Source: Paraglomus brasilianum (lineage: Eukaryota). From it: DNA of 64,000 nucleotides. Position 1 is the stretch's first letter. Each line of letters opens with the position of its first letter. The stretch covers positions 1 to 64,000 of the forward strand of contig CAJVPI010000037.1 of assembly GCA_910592345.1 (NCBI GenBank). Direction: 5' to 3'. This document shows, piece after piece, positions 32,684-46,900 of this stretch. The notes beneath the pieces are model-generated. The model searched no databases. It had not been told where the DNA came from and was given only the letters and a program-made list of their open reading frames with translations. The position numbers were made by a program, and so were the translations under genes.

Positions 32684-34446
32684 TCAATGTTGGTCTGCTA
32701 GTAGTCTGCTTCTTGCATCGCGGATTGTTGCTGGTAGGTAAGCATTGTTTTCGATGTCATATACAACAAGACTGGAAAAGCTAAGACGATGAAAGGAAAG
32801 CAAAATTTTGTGTTAGATCTATTAATATATATGTTTTATGTAACTGTTTTCAACAACAGTTCACGATCGTAATATAGATACTCACCGACGCTTAGGACGA
32901 TTGTTTCGATATTTCCACCATTGCATATAGATAATTATATCAAACGTCAACGTCCCTGATGCTCCCAATATATAGGGAAATTCCTTGTGGTAGAAGTCAT
33001 CCTCCTTCTTATCATAGAGAAATATCGACATAGTATAGGCCAAGTTTCCAAGCGCAGCGAATATGAACATGAATATCGATAAGCCTTCAACTGATTTCCG
33101 TTCAAACTACAAACGTGACCCGAAATAAATGTTAACGTTTCATTTCAACAATTTTTGTTTTCACTTTCCACCCCTCTTCCGCGTCATCGAAACTCACATT
33201 CTTCCAAATCTGTGGCATCCTGCTAGTCAAATACAAAACTGTACATGTCCAGGCCATGACTCTTCCGACAAAATATTGTCCATCTTCCGTGAAATATGCT
33301 CCAAGGATACCTACCCAAGATACCACCGCAGCGTCTCGTTTGGAATGAGATATTGATGAGTGTGATGTTGTGAGACCGGACGAAGTTAGGTATGATAGGG
33401 AACGGAGAGTGAAAAAAAAAACGGCAAATAATGGTATAGTGCTGGTATGTATAAAAAAAAAGGGGGAAAAAAAGAGGCCATTAAATTTCAGCAAAATTTT
33501 AAAGAATCAAAGTGAATCCATCAATCGATATATAAAAGACTCGCTTACCCTCGTTGCCGGGAGGCCGGTTTTTTTATAGGAAATGTATTATATTGTCTCC
33601 ATTGTGGACCTCCCTCTGCCATCAAGACATCATCGTCGCACAATATCTCTTCCACCTGGGTAGAGTAAAAGCGTTTGTAGTAAAAGTATTGGAAAAATAG
33701 GCAGAAGTCGACTATACAAAAGTATAGAGCTAGGTATATCTGAAAATAAGTAACACGAATTAGTTGTTATCGCGGTATAAAAAGTGACCTCTAATAATGA
33801 AATTTTATAGTTACCTGAAATGGCTGCTGCTCTGTCCATATACATCCAATAAAGTTTGCAATATCTCCTAACAGCCAGTTGAATAAAAACGGTAGACTCA
33901 GTCCATCCGCTGACTTGTTATGATAATTCGCTATGATCTGACTGGAAAGGGGTGGGGGGGGGGGGTATGTAGATATGATAGAATTCAGTAATAATTCTTT
34001 AAAGTGGGCAAAGTGAACTCAAATCCATTAACGGTTAGCTCTAAATATCTAACTCGCCTTCGAGTGTTATCAGTACTAATTTTAGAAATAACAATAGAAG
34101 ATCAGAAGTCTGATCGGTAACACACTCACGGAAATTGTGCATTTAGCCAACATAATATCGACGTGTAACCTTAACATGGAGGAGATAAGACAGGTATGAC
34201 AGTATGACGATAGATATGTAATATACAGAGAGAGAAGAGAGAAGAGAGAAAGAGATGTCAGAGACAAAGTAAGTATTCTGTTCTGTTCTGTTCTGCATAG
34301 TTAATGACAATAGTTCCACGGTGCTTTTTCTAGTCGATATTGTTACAAGACAGAACCCCGCACACTTTTTGTCACAACCAACTCTAACATTCGTCATTCG
34401 TATGCTTACCCAATACCTCGCTCGTCGTTATATTCCTCCAATCCAT
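32684..34446 (-). CDS. PQ-loop vacuolar/lysosomal cationic amino-acid transporter (Ypq/PQLC2 family)
   Basis: Exons give MDWRNITTSEVLG|YTSILCWLNAQFP|QIIANYHNKSADGLSLPFLFNWLLGDIANFIGC, then a second loop LYLTSRMPQIWKN|FERKSVEGLSIFMFIFAALGN and PYILGASGTLTFD. Confidence 0.93.
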
Positions 34447-35754
34447 ATATGTATTATATTAACGTATCTTTGGTCAGATTGGAATGTTTGGATAATGATA
34501 TTTTGAGAGGCCAGCTAGGAAGAACGGAAAGAAGCAGACAAGCAATCGCTTTTACTGGCGGAAGTGACCCGGGTAGTAACTTTGCCTGAAAAGAGAGAAT
34601 ATATAAAGGCTGGGATAGATAGATAGGGAGAATACGAGCGATATAAGTGTGCGTGCGCTTGTAGTAGTATGAGGGACGCTGTTTTGAAAGAGAACAAGGG
34701 AAGGAAAACGGTTGACCGAGGTGAAAAGGAAGGAACGATTGGAAAGGAGACTAGTGGAAGGACTCGAATATAAAGTTACTCATTATCGGTGCCATCACCA
34801 TGTATAATTTATATAATATCAGATAAAATAATGAAAACCGGTAATTAATATAAAATTAATAGAGTAATTCTATTGTGTTATCATATGTAATGTGAAACTC
34901 AAACATATGTTACCTTATTTACAAATCACATTCTTTTCGCGATATTTATTCTTCGTTATACTCGCGTTTTTCCCCCTATACTCTTATTCTTTACTTGCTT
35001 GCCAGTCTTCCGCTTTTTCGGCCTTCCGTCTATTGCTAATCAGAAGCCATTAAGATGTAGAAGATCTCTTAGTTAGTCTAAATGCAGCGTGATTATTTGC
35101 CTTTACAAGGATCAATATATTCATATAATGGATCAAACTCTTTATGTCGCTTTGACTGGCGTTACACCTGGGTACGTACAAAAGGGTCAAGTGACGGATA
35201 AAAATAAAAAATGATGCACCGAAGCGAAGCCTCTACCCCATTATGTCAAAGCGAAGGAAAAAAAAAATGTATTAATCGAGATCGATAAGCGCACAAATGA
35301 TGGTAGATATGAAAGATAAGACCCATGTTGTGGATTGTCAATATGCGTCGGAAGAACTAGTGCGATTTATTGGCAGTGTGCCGCGAAAAACAGACCTCGC
35401 ATACTACAAACAGACGATACACATATGACATAATACTGTAAGAGCATTCTTATTGTTCAAATAAATATGCAAAATAATATTTGCTCTTCTATTGTTCCTA
35501 TTAATATAACATGCATTTGGGCTTTTCCCTTACTTCCCATACAATGACCACTCGCACACACCCAGTCTTCTTTGATTCTAATCAAACAAACATAAACCTA
35601 TTAACTCGGTGTATAAAAAAAACCAGAGCTATCCCCAAAGATTGGTCTTAATCCTGAAATAATGGGGGTTTGCGAAAAGCGCCTGCAAGTAGCAGACTTG
35701 CAATACTTTCAAAGTTGCAGAGTATCTTTTTATCCGGTCTAAAAATTTAGCCCT

Positions 35755-35835
35755 TGGAAGAGGAAAGGGGAAGGGAAGGGGAAGGGGAAGGGGAAAGGGA
35801 AGGGGGAAGGGGAAAGGGAGAGAGAAAGGGGAAAG
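35755..35835 (+). repeat. Homopurine (GGGAA/GGGGAA)n tract
   Basis: The run ggaagaggaaaggggaagggaaggggaaggggaaggggaaagggaagggggaaggggaaagggagagagaaaggggaaag is directly visible. Confidence 0.9.
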
Positions 35836-38800
35836 AAGGCAACAGTGTGCCGGCTTTGCTTTATTGAACTCTTGCTCTTTAGCTTATGGAACTACTCATA
35901 TCCTCTATATGGGGCAGTAACCACATGATAGTAACAAGGAGAAATGAAATTAAAAAAGAGAGCAATCGGTGAATAGTAATAGGCGCCATGTCGTGTGACC
36001 ATTGTTGAAGGGGGAAGTGAGCTTTGCCTTTGTGTGTGAGTCACATTCTATTTATGACTATGATCTGATCTAATATATGTGACTATGACAACAGCACATC
36101 CCATCTCCCAACCACATGAATATTGCATGCAGTGACTGGCACGCGACCTCTCACAAAACGCTTAGTTACGTATAACAATTACGTCGTGTTATTGTATTTT
36201 ACATAAAGAACTTAGCAACATACTTTTGACGTCACTAAAAAATTGAAACAATGCTTACAACAGCCAATCAGTGGGAAACAACTTCTCCATCTGTGGTTAA
36301 TGTATTAATATGAAATGTAATTGCGATTGCGTAAACAATTGCTGTGTACTGCAGGGGTCAATTAAGGTTTGTTTGCCACTTCTACTCTCTGGCCATTTGC
36401 ATACTCAAAATAAATCCATTCCCATCATTATTACTAAAGGAAACCTTGCTTTTTCCAATTTTCCGCATATATCTGGTTTTTTGCTATCGAGTCCCAATCG
36501 TCCTAAAAGGGCAATTTGGTATTGGGCGCAAACAATATTAATATGTTGCTAAGATTAAACAAAGAATCTAATTGGTGACTTGTATTGGACTCTAAACTAT
36601 CCATCATTCGTTACCAATAACATGATTATTATTATGTTATCGTTATTATTATTATGTTATCGTTAAACTTGATTTATCTTGTGAATTTTGCGTGAAATGC
36701 ATGCTAAGCCACAGGCGAGGTGGGATTCAATTTAGCCGAGAGTCAGGATTACCATCAAGTATGCCCATGTGTGGCTTGCAACTGTTTCCTTATGGCGTTC
36801 TTAATCTCAGGCTATGCAATGGTTGATTCAAATTTACAAGGATGGAACATGTGCCATGTGTCTGCCATATAAGTATATTATTCAAGTGTATGAGACGAAT
36901 CATGATCTTCTAATTGTAGTACATCCGAAAATCTACTTCGCACACCAATGCATATCTGATCTGGTGATTTGCAGGATTACCCCTTTACTATACGCGAATC
37001 CATATCATTAGAGGAATGGGTTTCAAAGAAATGATGCTGCAATTAGACATATACCCCAATATACAGCATTGAAATGGTATTCATCGGCGAAGATTAGCTA
37101 CATAACTAAAAATAGTCATTCTCCATTGCATTTAACAATAATCACAAATGCGGAGAACCAACTACTTACCACATGCCTGCAGAGTGTGTGTCAGGGCCAT
37201 GCCCATTGAACTTTATTCCCTTCCGAGACTAAGGATAAAAGATATTAGCACTACTGACGATCCCTTGCACAAGGATGACTTTCGATAATATATTAATTTC
37301 CTTTTCTTGTCCATAATATCTAAAGTGTTCACAAAAACATGGCAGCACACAAAAACACACAACACATCCGTTACCAAGTCGCAGGCAAGCAAATAATTGC
37401 CTTCCTTGGATATTTATCATGATATCAGATGATGACCGTGACTCCATACTATCGAGTCTAAGACTGGTGATACTTCGCGTTGGGATGTGAAAAAATGTAT
37501 TCATTACTGCATCAGTGATAGATTTGGGAAGTATTGGTAATCACCATATCCTCTAATGATAGTAAATGTAGTTATCATCCTCTCTACATGCGCCAGCTCT
37601 TCTGAATGACTATCAAACAATGTTTGTAAGTCTCAGTGATAGAAAGTTTTTATGAGATTTAATTTTCTATTTCAGATCCATTGCCATTAAGAAAATGTCT
37701 TCTGATCTGGATGGGCTTTATGCAATTCAACAAAACCTCTTTTGGAGCAACCACAACTACTGTTTGTTCGTTGTCAGGGTCACGAATACCGCGTCGTTTA
37801 TGCGCGATGAGCACAAATACTGTAACTTGTATCATACTCGTTAACTTAACATTAAGACTTTTGAAACAATTGTTTGACGTCCGCTTCCTATACATACCAG
37901 GCTAAATCTGTATCCACAACAAAAATGAATCAATAATTAGTGTATATTTCAAAAATATAAAAATTATGCATACGAGTAACTACCAGTTCATTAGGAAGCT
38001 TTCTAATAGTTTCAAGAATATGTTGAGGTATCTCATCTTTTAAAAGATGTGGTTTTGTTTCTTTGTCAAATTGTAATAATCAGAACGGTGCAGGGTAAGA
38101 ATCCAATTAACTAATTGCCAGCCTGAAAGATCAATTATTTGAACTTCTATTGACTGTATGCGAATTTGACTTCTTAACTTCCAACCATATACATATGTAC
38201 TTTTAAGATTGAATTCTGTCTTCAGAATGGCTTCAGCAACCTTATCAAGACAGAGAAAACCTTGCGATTTACTAGTCACTTGCATTTTTGTACTCTGTTT
38301 TACATAAAAACTGATAAATTTACAAATGGTTGTTTGCCATTGAATACAACATTGACATTCAATATAACAGGGATTAATTGTATCAACTATCTATTGTAGT
38401 CTTAAAAAACCACAAATATCTCATGACAAACATTGAATTTCTTTCTATACGGTTCTTATCATGATAGTCTACCAGCAAGGTATTATAGTATTATTGTTTC
38501 AGCAGTAACAGTAAGAAGGGCGCGCAGACCAAATAATTTGCTCATGGAGCTCAAGGAGTAGGTAATGAATATTGCATTCTAAGCTTAAAAAATGAATACT
38601 CATTGATTCTACCGTTATAGGCCTGCCTGATTGTATTTCTAATATATACAGTAAATCATAGAATTTAAGATTAAAATCGAGCTGGGCTCGAATCCTGTTA
38701 ACTAACTCTTGGTATAAAATTTTGACTTCAGAAGCAAAAAATTAGCCTAATTAATCAATGATGTACTATTTATTATTGGGAACTTTCTAGACCTTTTCAT

Positions 38801-39959
38801 AATGTAACCCGTGACTAATGCGCGATTGATTTTATTACAAAAACAGCACTGGTTAACTTACTTCAGAACATCGTTTAAACTGATAAAACAAATCTACCAA
38901 TACACTACGAAAAATGCTTACATTCACAAGCGAATTCTTTTTTGGAGTATATCCACATATCATGAAACTAGTAACGGATGTGAACAACGCCGCATTCCAG
39001 ATGGTCCTACGCGAAAAGGACGAAACCAAAAAAGCGCTGCGCGATCTTGCTAACGTAAAGAACGAGCTCGATGACGCAAATACAAAAATCAGACACGAGC
39101 AACGCACAAAACGAACGTAAGAGGCGTTCTCAGTTTATTCGAGCTCAGGTAAGTTGCAGAGACATTCACGATACATCCCGCAGTAGTCTTACTAGCTTTT
39201 GCGCAGAAAAAGAAGATTTTATTCTCTGACGAACAGAAAGAAAGCTGCGATATAAACAAGTGCCGCTACGAGGATGTCGAAAAGTGTTTTGGCGGGCTAT
39301 ACCATAACGCGTCAAAACCCTTCCATGGCCATGAGAAGGATATTGTTACAGCAAATAAGTAAGTCACATGATAAAATCTTCCTCCGCAGTCAAACAAACC
39401 CATCATTAATTAATACAGATATTATCGCTCTTCTGCAGTCACACAACATTTGGAACTTTTTGCGAAAACATCGTTGGTGCTTGCTAAAGTCCAGTTTAAG
39501 TTGTTTTTATCTATCTACTTACATGTGGAGGAAGAGAATAAAGGGATGTATTGAAGTGAATCTTATGGGTACGTGATTATCGAGGCCGATTGAGTATAGA
39601 TCTGCTGTGCAGCTACGCCGCAGTTTGGAACGGTCGAAGAGGCGACATTGCGATATTTGTTGACTTCAGCGTCTGGTTTTTTATCTTGAATACTTTTCAA
39701 CATTCTACAGGAACAGAATTCCATTCTTTGACCATAATTTTTCATAATTCTTGGTTTGGCCAATGTCATAAATTTTCTATAGAAACTATTCTTGCGCTGA
39801 GTATTCGAGATAGTTTAAAACAACCGCAAGTGTTAATCCATATTGCGCGACACGTACGTGTTCGATTTTTATTGACAATCGCTTTGACAGCTAGTACATG
39901 AAAACATATACGCGTTCGAAGTGCAAATAATTTGCGCACCTCTTTTCCGTATCTGGAAA

Positions 39960-40691
39960 ATGCGAGTTACACAAATCCAACCCTTTCTCAGATGCTTGGA
40001 ATCTAAAAGCTCCTCGCCTGTAATGTCTCGTTGTTGCCTGTCCTCTCCTATGAGACGAATCATACAAGGTTCTTCTAACCCAACAAAAGCATTCTTTTCC
40101 AAATATTATCAATATAATTACGGTCATGTAATACCTATACGTTTGATGTCAACACGAATTCCAACGTCTACAAGGACCGTACAAAAACCAAGACCACTTC
40201 CTGAAATCAAAAATAACACCCCAAAATACATAGCATTTGGTTTGGCTGGTGTATCCTTTTGGGCGGCTTTTATCACGATCGCATTTAATCATCAACGACA
40301 AGCATCTAGCATCGTAAAGAATTCAATTTTCCATGTCAAATATGATCAAGAGGCAAAAGAAGTCTTGGGTGATAACATCGACTTCGCGTCATCATGGCCG
40401 TGGATTTCCGGATCCGTAAACCATCTTAAAGGAAAGATTAATATAAGTTATGATGTCAAAGGAAGTAAAGGTTAGATTGATCATACACACGTCTCGTATT
40501 TATCGCCTCATGCGACTCTAACTGATAACTTGGCTGTAGGAAAGGGCAGGGTTCATTTTCATTCAGTACGTAGAGGTTACGATCAAAGATGGGAGGTGTT
40601 GGATTTTTCATTGACAAGCGAAGATGGTAGAATCGTGTACATAAAAGGTAGTTCGGGAAAACTTGAGAAAGACGCAAATATGACTCAATAA
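39960..40691 (+). CDS. COA1: Cytochrome c oxidase assembly factor Coa1-family mitochondrial protein
   Basis: A presequence-like N-terminus is followed by RPLPEIK, one TM (IAFGLAGVSFWAAF), NHQRQASSIV...AKEVLGDNIDF...WPWISGSVNHLKGKINISYDVKGSK|GKGRVHFHSVR. There is one intron at ~40472-40539. The start may instead be at 40023. Confidence 0.85.
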
Positions 40692-41479
40692 ATCCATTAC
40701 TCGGTCGTTACCTTGTAAAAATATTTATCAAATATTCGGACTACCCAATTTGTGTGACTTGTATGCGATATTTACAAAACCTGTTAATCAGCTCATTTTG
40801 AGTGTTTGGATAAGATACAGCATGGATCATAAAAGTAGATAAGCCCGAACCCTTGAAACATAGCCCTTCTCAGTTGCAGCTATGCTGGTAAACTTGATAA
40901 GTTGGCCGTGAATCAAGGTCTAGATGAAATGACATACATTGTGTGATACAACAATTTATCAAAAGCCAAAGTGAACATAACACTACAGAATGATTACTCG
41001 AACCGCCACTGAAAGATTTCAAGGTTCAAAATTGCTAGACGTCACATAATGAGAACTTGTTTACTAATAATGAGGAGGTTTGAAGCTTGCTCAATTTAAA
41101 TGCAATTAATATACGATTGACATTGATAAGTTTAGCATAATGAACATATTAAAGAAAATTGTAAAATGATATAGGAATGCCCGTATATGGAAATTTATAA
41201 TTATAACGAATATGAAAAAGCCATGCGTTTCTTGGAGATAGGTTGTAATTCAAAAAAAAAAATTTGCCAAATTACGTGAAGCGTTTCAAGCTCTCTTGGG
41301 GGAGATCACCTAAGCGACGAATGGCATAATACCGCATATGTAAAAAAAAAAAAAAGTACTGCAATGGAAGACCAAAATAACCATTGACAAAAACGGTACT
41401 GCAGCCGTGAAGAATTTTCCGAGAATTACCAAGTCCTGGTAGAATGTTAATCGCATTACCCAATTGCTTGTATTTTTAC

Positions 41480-42500
41480 CAGCAGAATCGAGGAATAAAT
41501 CGGTCTATCGCGATTTTATCGCAAGTCTTGAAGACAATAACACGTTGAAATTGTTAAAATGCATTCCGCGAGTTATGACACCAATTAACACCTTACATTC
41601 AAATTATGAGTCCAAGAATGGATTTATGTGATACTTGTCAACGATTTCGGAACGGCTTATAGCAAGGAAAAAGAAGCAAAGAATTCACAAGAACATCTAA
41701 ATCAGAGAGAAAGTATTATACGAAACTAGCAGAAGAACAAAGAAAGTTGGTAGATGAGAATTGCCTTGTAATGGGGTAAAGGTGATATTGATGCTACCGC
41801 TCATTACAGTTATGATTGAGCACAAAGTGTTCACACATTTTGATCAACAAGTATCTTAGGCCGCGTAAAGTACATTTATTTGGTATTCAAGACAAGAACA
41901 AATTAATTATATTCTCGATAAAGACGAAGTTATCGGCAAACGTCCCAATGGTACACTAAGCATGGTATTCAATGGAATTAAGAGATTGAAAAGCATTAGT
42001 GATAATGCGGGAGGACAAAATAAAAATGATGCTACAATTTGATTTTACCTATATTAGTAATTTACGGTTATTACGAAAGTATTGAATTGAATTTATGGTA
42101 CCTGGACATACTAAATTCAAGTGCGATAGAAAAACAATCATCTAGATTGTGTGAACCATATTGTTGAGGTTGTGAAAAGAGCGAGTACAGCTGGATTAAA
42201 TAAAGCTCAGTGTTATGAAAATGGAAAAGACTTTCAAATACTTGGATCTTTAAAAAATTGAATGGCTTGCAAAACTATCAGTATGTTCTTTTGAAGCAGC
42301 TAAACCGGGAACTGTCAAAACACAGACTGTTGCTAATGGTACTTTACTGAAAAACAAATATCAGAAAAATTGTTAGAGAAATTAAATCTTTATCCATTCT
42401 AATGCTAACACCACACCATTTGCAAGAATACCTTTATAATAATATTTGTCCATCTGTGAAAGATGAATACAAAAATGTTACTTGTCCAAAACCAAGATGA
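41480..42500 (+). mobile_element. Decayed DDE/D transposase, Sola-like
   Basis: SPRMDLCDTCQRF (~41610-41647), YSYD*AQSV, DNAGGQNKN (42001-42027), MVPGHTKFKCD (42095-42127) and a terminal CPKPR* are present, with many frameshifts and stops. Confidence 0.7.
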
Positions 42501-43059
42501 ATGCATTAAAATATATTTATACATGTTCTATGTAATTAAACCAGGAATGACTATATGCCTGACTAAGGCACCGAACTAAATATGATAAAGATTATTGACA
42601 AGCATTCAAAACTTAAAAGGGAAATTCGTCATCAGCTCCCAATTCATTCATAAATATATAAGCGTATTTAATATTTTCGCGTGTTTACGTCAGACCATTA
42701 CGTAGTAATTATTACGGCACACATCACTTTATTCCATAGCAGCAAGTGACGTAATCGAAACTGTTAAACGTTTTGCGAAATTCAGCGATCATTTGTTCCT
42801 TGATATTGCGTGAGACAATCGTTGATATCGCTATCATTTAATAATGTGGCCCTACCGAATCGAGAAGGCGGAATAGTTTTCCTTATCGTTATCTTTCCTC
42901 ACACCCCTAAAAAGAGCTTCCTGATTGGGGTTAGATAATATTTATCAGTGGAGACGCTAATACTAACCAGCAAGTTTTATATTTAGTCACCTAATATTAG
43001 AGATAACCAATTAAACCTATGAAATCAATGAGTTCGGGTTACACTGATTATGGAGCAGT

Positions 43060-43300
43060 TTGTTATTTAAACGGTCGATACCCAAATCTCCAACTTGTAA
43101 GAAAAATAAAATGTTCCGTCCATATTGCAAAGCATATTACAAAACCAAAGCTCTTCCACCAACATATCAGACCCGACAGTCTGTCGCCACAAACTTTCTC
43201 GGCCGGCATGAAATTTCAAGTCCAACGACACCAAGCAAAGATATACACATGTAGATACGCATTACAATTGTATACGACGGCACGGTGAAACTTTACGCGC
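43060..43300 (+). pseudogene. Possible decayed HMG-box (MATA-HMG-like) gene
   Basis: IPKSPTC...MFR...RQSVATNFLGR is followed after a frameshift by *NFKSNDTKQRY, resembling the HMG-box pattern PRPPN..F..FR..S..G..W...K..Y. The match is weak. Confidence 0.35.
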
Positions 43301-43966
43301 TCATTCAAACAAAAGCGGAGTTGTTAATCCATAAATTCTCTCTGCGTTTGAAAAGTATGGTGCTGTTGGGGCCCATACGTAAAATCTTTTGCGTCCAAAT
43401 ATTTAAAGTCGGGAGCTTGACTCCCCGAAAAACCATTGCGAGATTATGCGCATCTTTATAACCAAATTTGACGCCATGCAATATAGGTGAACGTTGAAAT
43501 GAGCGAAAGAGGGGGCTTTTTCTTGCGAAATGTTATTTACATTGTGGATGGTGGTTCAAGACATTTGTCAATGTTTAATAAAATACGGGTTTCATTCCTC
43601 TTACCGCAAAGATCTATATTGCGTACCATTTTACAGATTCACATCAGTTTACTACTAGCCTGGAACGTTTTATTTGCCTGTGCGAATTCGAGAAAATATT
43701 AATAATATACTGCTGTCACAACATTATTGAGCGGCCTTGGAAGGGAAACACGCAACTTATCGTTTTTATCAGACTAATGCAGTTAAAAACCACATCTACT
43801 CAACCATGATTTCTCTCTCTAATTGTGGATCTCGTTTTTGCATGTTGCATGTTGCATGTTGTTATTAATAAATTTTATTCTTACTTACATGTCTATCAAC
43901 TATTACAAATCCAATAAAGCCCATCACACTACACTCAGTCATTTAATTATTTACAGAATAATATTA

Positions 43967-46900
43967 TTATTGCTCTTGGTTTGGTAAATAGCGGTTAAGC
44001 TGGTTCTGGAGATCTTCTATTAGATTTCTTATTAGATCTCGTTCTTCGTTTGAACGGCCACTCTCTTCAATATATTCTTTAGCCGCACCTAAAATCATGT
44101 CTATCGTCGTATATGGCATCCAAGGGGTTGAAGTTGGAGAGTCTTCAGCCTAAAAGAGTTGATAAAATTAGTATACCAAAGTCGTATGCCGTTCAAATTA
44201 GAGACTGTAGAAAAGTGTGCTGTACCATTACAAAATATTCAATCATGAACGATGCTGCCTCTAATAAATAACTATGTTCCAATAATATTCGTACATAATC
44301 CTTCGGATTATATCTCTACAAATACGGATAATTGTTAGTAAATATATATCATCAGCTTTGCCACTCGACCAAAGTCGTACCTTATAAAAGTCTGATAACC
44401 ATGGCGGTATCTTTGTATTTTGTTTTGATGTTAGTATAACCTCTAAGATGGTATTTCTATATCGTCCTTCTGTCTGATCTATTCTGTCGTATTCATCTAT
44501 GAAGTATTGCAAAAATCCCCATGCACGCGTCACTTCTGTACCGTCAAGGAGGCTTGCCCATTGATTAGAATATATCCAATCGTAACTCCTACTATAGAAC
44601 AGAACGATAGCAACGGAATATAAGTATTGAGCGCATCGATAATTCAATACTGGAAATCATCACTATAACTTACTCTTTTTGAGGTGCCCCAAATTCCGAC
44701 ATTATCATACACTTGTATGTTATACTTCGGAATATGTCAGTCATGTCCTGATTGAAAGCCTTCGCAACGGTCGCTGCTGTTTCGTATTCTTGATATTCTG
44801 TACATGTTGCAATGACCTGTTTAACGTTCATGGGTCCAGCAGCAGCTCCTATACGTTTTCCTAGCTTCAGCTTGGCCATTATGAGCTCGTATTCACGCCT
44901 GATCTCCTCAATAACGACCAAATCAGTTCGAGCACCGGACGGATCAACTTCCATTGGCAAAGACACGTCAATTTTCCGACGTTTTGGGTTCGAAACTTCA
45001 ACTACTCGGTCCGAATTAATTTGGAACCATGCATTTCTATCAGTAAGCAACTCGAGAGAATTAATAGCCGCAAGGTAACTTTGTGCTTGTTCTGTTGCCA
45101 TCTCGAAAAAGTTTGTGGAATTGGTATTGTTCCTTCCAATTCTCTGCGCATTCTCATACATTACTTTTGCTGCTTGCTTATATTTACCGCTTTGAATATA
45201 GCTTGCATGTACGATTTTCGCAACATGCAAACCAGCTAATGAAGCATCTTCTATTGCGTTCTCCAAAGTCTTTTCGAAAATACGTTCACGTACGCCAACG
45301 AACCCCATTTGATGCAAGCTCACCACTTCTTGTTTTTTAATCATATCCATAATCAAGCGTCGAAGACCTTCTTCTCGAAGTTTCTGATCCGGGTTAGACT
45401 TTGCTGCCCAGTACGCTTGCCCAAAAGCGTTCGCAGATAATCCACGATTGAACATACGTTTCCATAACTGTACACAACGTGTATGACCTTCTGGAGTGCT
45501 TTTCTGCATTTCATTGAAGGCATTCAAAGCTAATTTGCAATATCTTATGACATACAAATCTTGCTTATGATTATCGAACAGATCAGCAACATGAACATAA
45601 AATGCAGAGATGTCAGCATAGACTGTATCCTGAGATCGTATCAATGGCTTTCCAGTGTACGGAGGCACGAGCAGGTTACCAACTAATAAGTAACAAAATT
45701 TATTAGTTAAACGTCAAGTACACACACATACACACGCGTAGTATATATTATCCCTACTTACTATATCCAGATGCTGCCTTGTCGAAGTTAACCTTTGCGT
45801 TGACATAATCTGCCTTTCTTAAGTAGAGTTTGCCATAGAGATACATTACTGCTGGCGTTCTATGCAAAAAACCAAGGTATCTCTCGAGTAAGCTTGCATA
45901 TCCAGACACTTCGAAAACGTCTCCAAGCTTGACAAACGCTTCGGTCGTCATTACAGTCGGTGGTATATGGTTATCCAACATTTCTACCTTCCTTAGAAAT
46001 TTGTGGACTCCAACGAGCAGAAGAGCCGCCGCATCCTTAGTCACAGACACTGAAGATGCAGAATAGTGGTGATGAAGAAGAGATTGTATCAAACTGTGAC
46101 GGATAAATTGAGAGGCATTGCTAGTAAATTTTCTTTGGTTGTTAAAATTGAGAACCGAAAATTTCTCAATAATGTTGTCTTCTGAATTGTCTTCTTGCGA
46201 CGTTGATGGTGGTATGCATTGTTTTGAAATCCACATGAGGAGCCTCTGTGTATGGTATGTCATCATTGCACTTCCGAGGAGTTTCCTTGTGCCCCCTAAT
46301 TCGTCATTATATGAAGAAGATGCGAGAGCAATCAACAACAGCAAAATGTTGCGAGATATCTTGTAACGTGTCTGAATGACTTGTTGGGTTGAAGATGCAT
46401 ACAATGCATTTGCGAATATCGAAGAAGTATACTCGGCATTTGGTATACGCTTGTCTTCTAACACGCCGTTTAACATTTCTATAATGGATCTTACACATCT
46501 CCGCCATTTTCCTGTCGATTTGACAATTGACCATATTGTGTCCGAATGATCTCCAATATTTTTGCTCATAAATTGTATATAAAAGTTTACAGCGACCGTT
46601 ATTGTTGGTTCTTCCTGTATGCCCAGTAGTCCTACCATCAACTGTTCTTCTAAGCCAATGATATCAGACTGAAATCTTGATACTACAAAGTCTGCAGCTT
46701 TGAAAATTCTTATAACATCCACTCGCTCTCGCTCATCCGATAAACACGCATATTGAGGAATAAAGGCATCAACGGATATGCTTTCAAGGCGATCCTCATT
46801 ATGTTCTCCCTCGAAATGTTGATGTATAACTTCTAATGCCTCACATAGACGCAAAACCGATATACCATGTTGTTTAATGATGGAAAAGAGTCTGGAGGAC

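Noticed and set aside
37236..37280. U6 snRNA-like words (TGCACAAGGATGAC; also CAAATTACGTGAAGCGTT at ~41268)
   Set aside because: These are only short matches 4 kb apart, with no ACAGAGA box in the right context. They are compatible with chance.
38914..39580. Small coiled-coil gene (LREKDETKKALRDL...CRYEDVEKCFGGLYHNASKPFHGH)
   Set aside because: It looks coding-like but is broken by a stop and frame changes, and I cannot assign a family, so it is not called as a feature.
40251..40260. GTATCCTTTT U12-type intron donor
   Set aside because: It lies inside the COA1 transmembrane coding segment, which reads through in frame.
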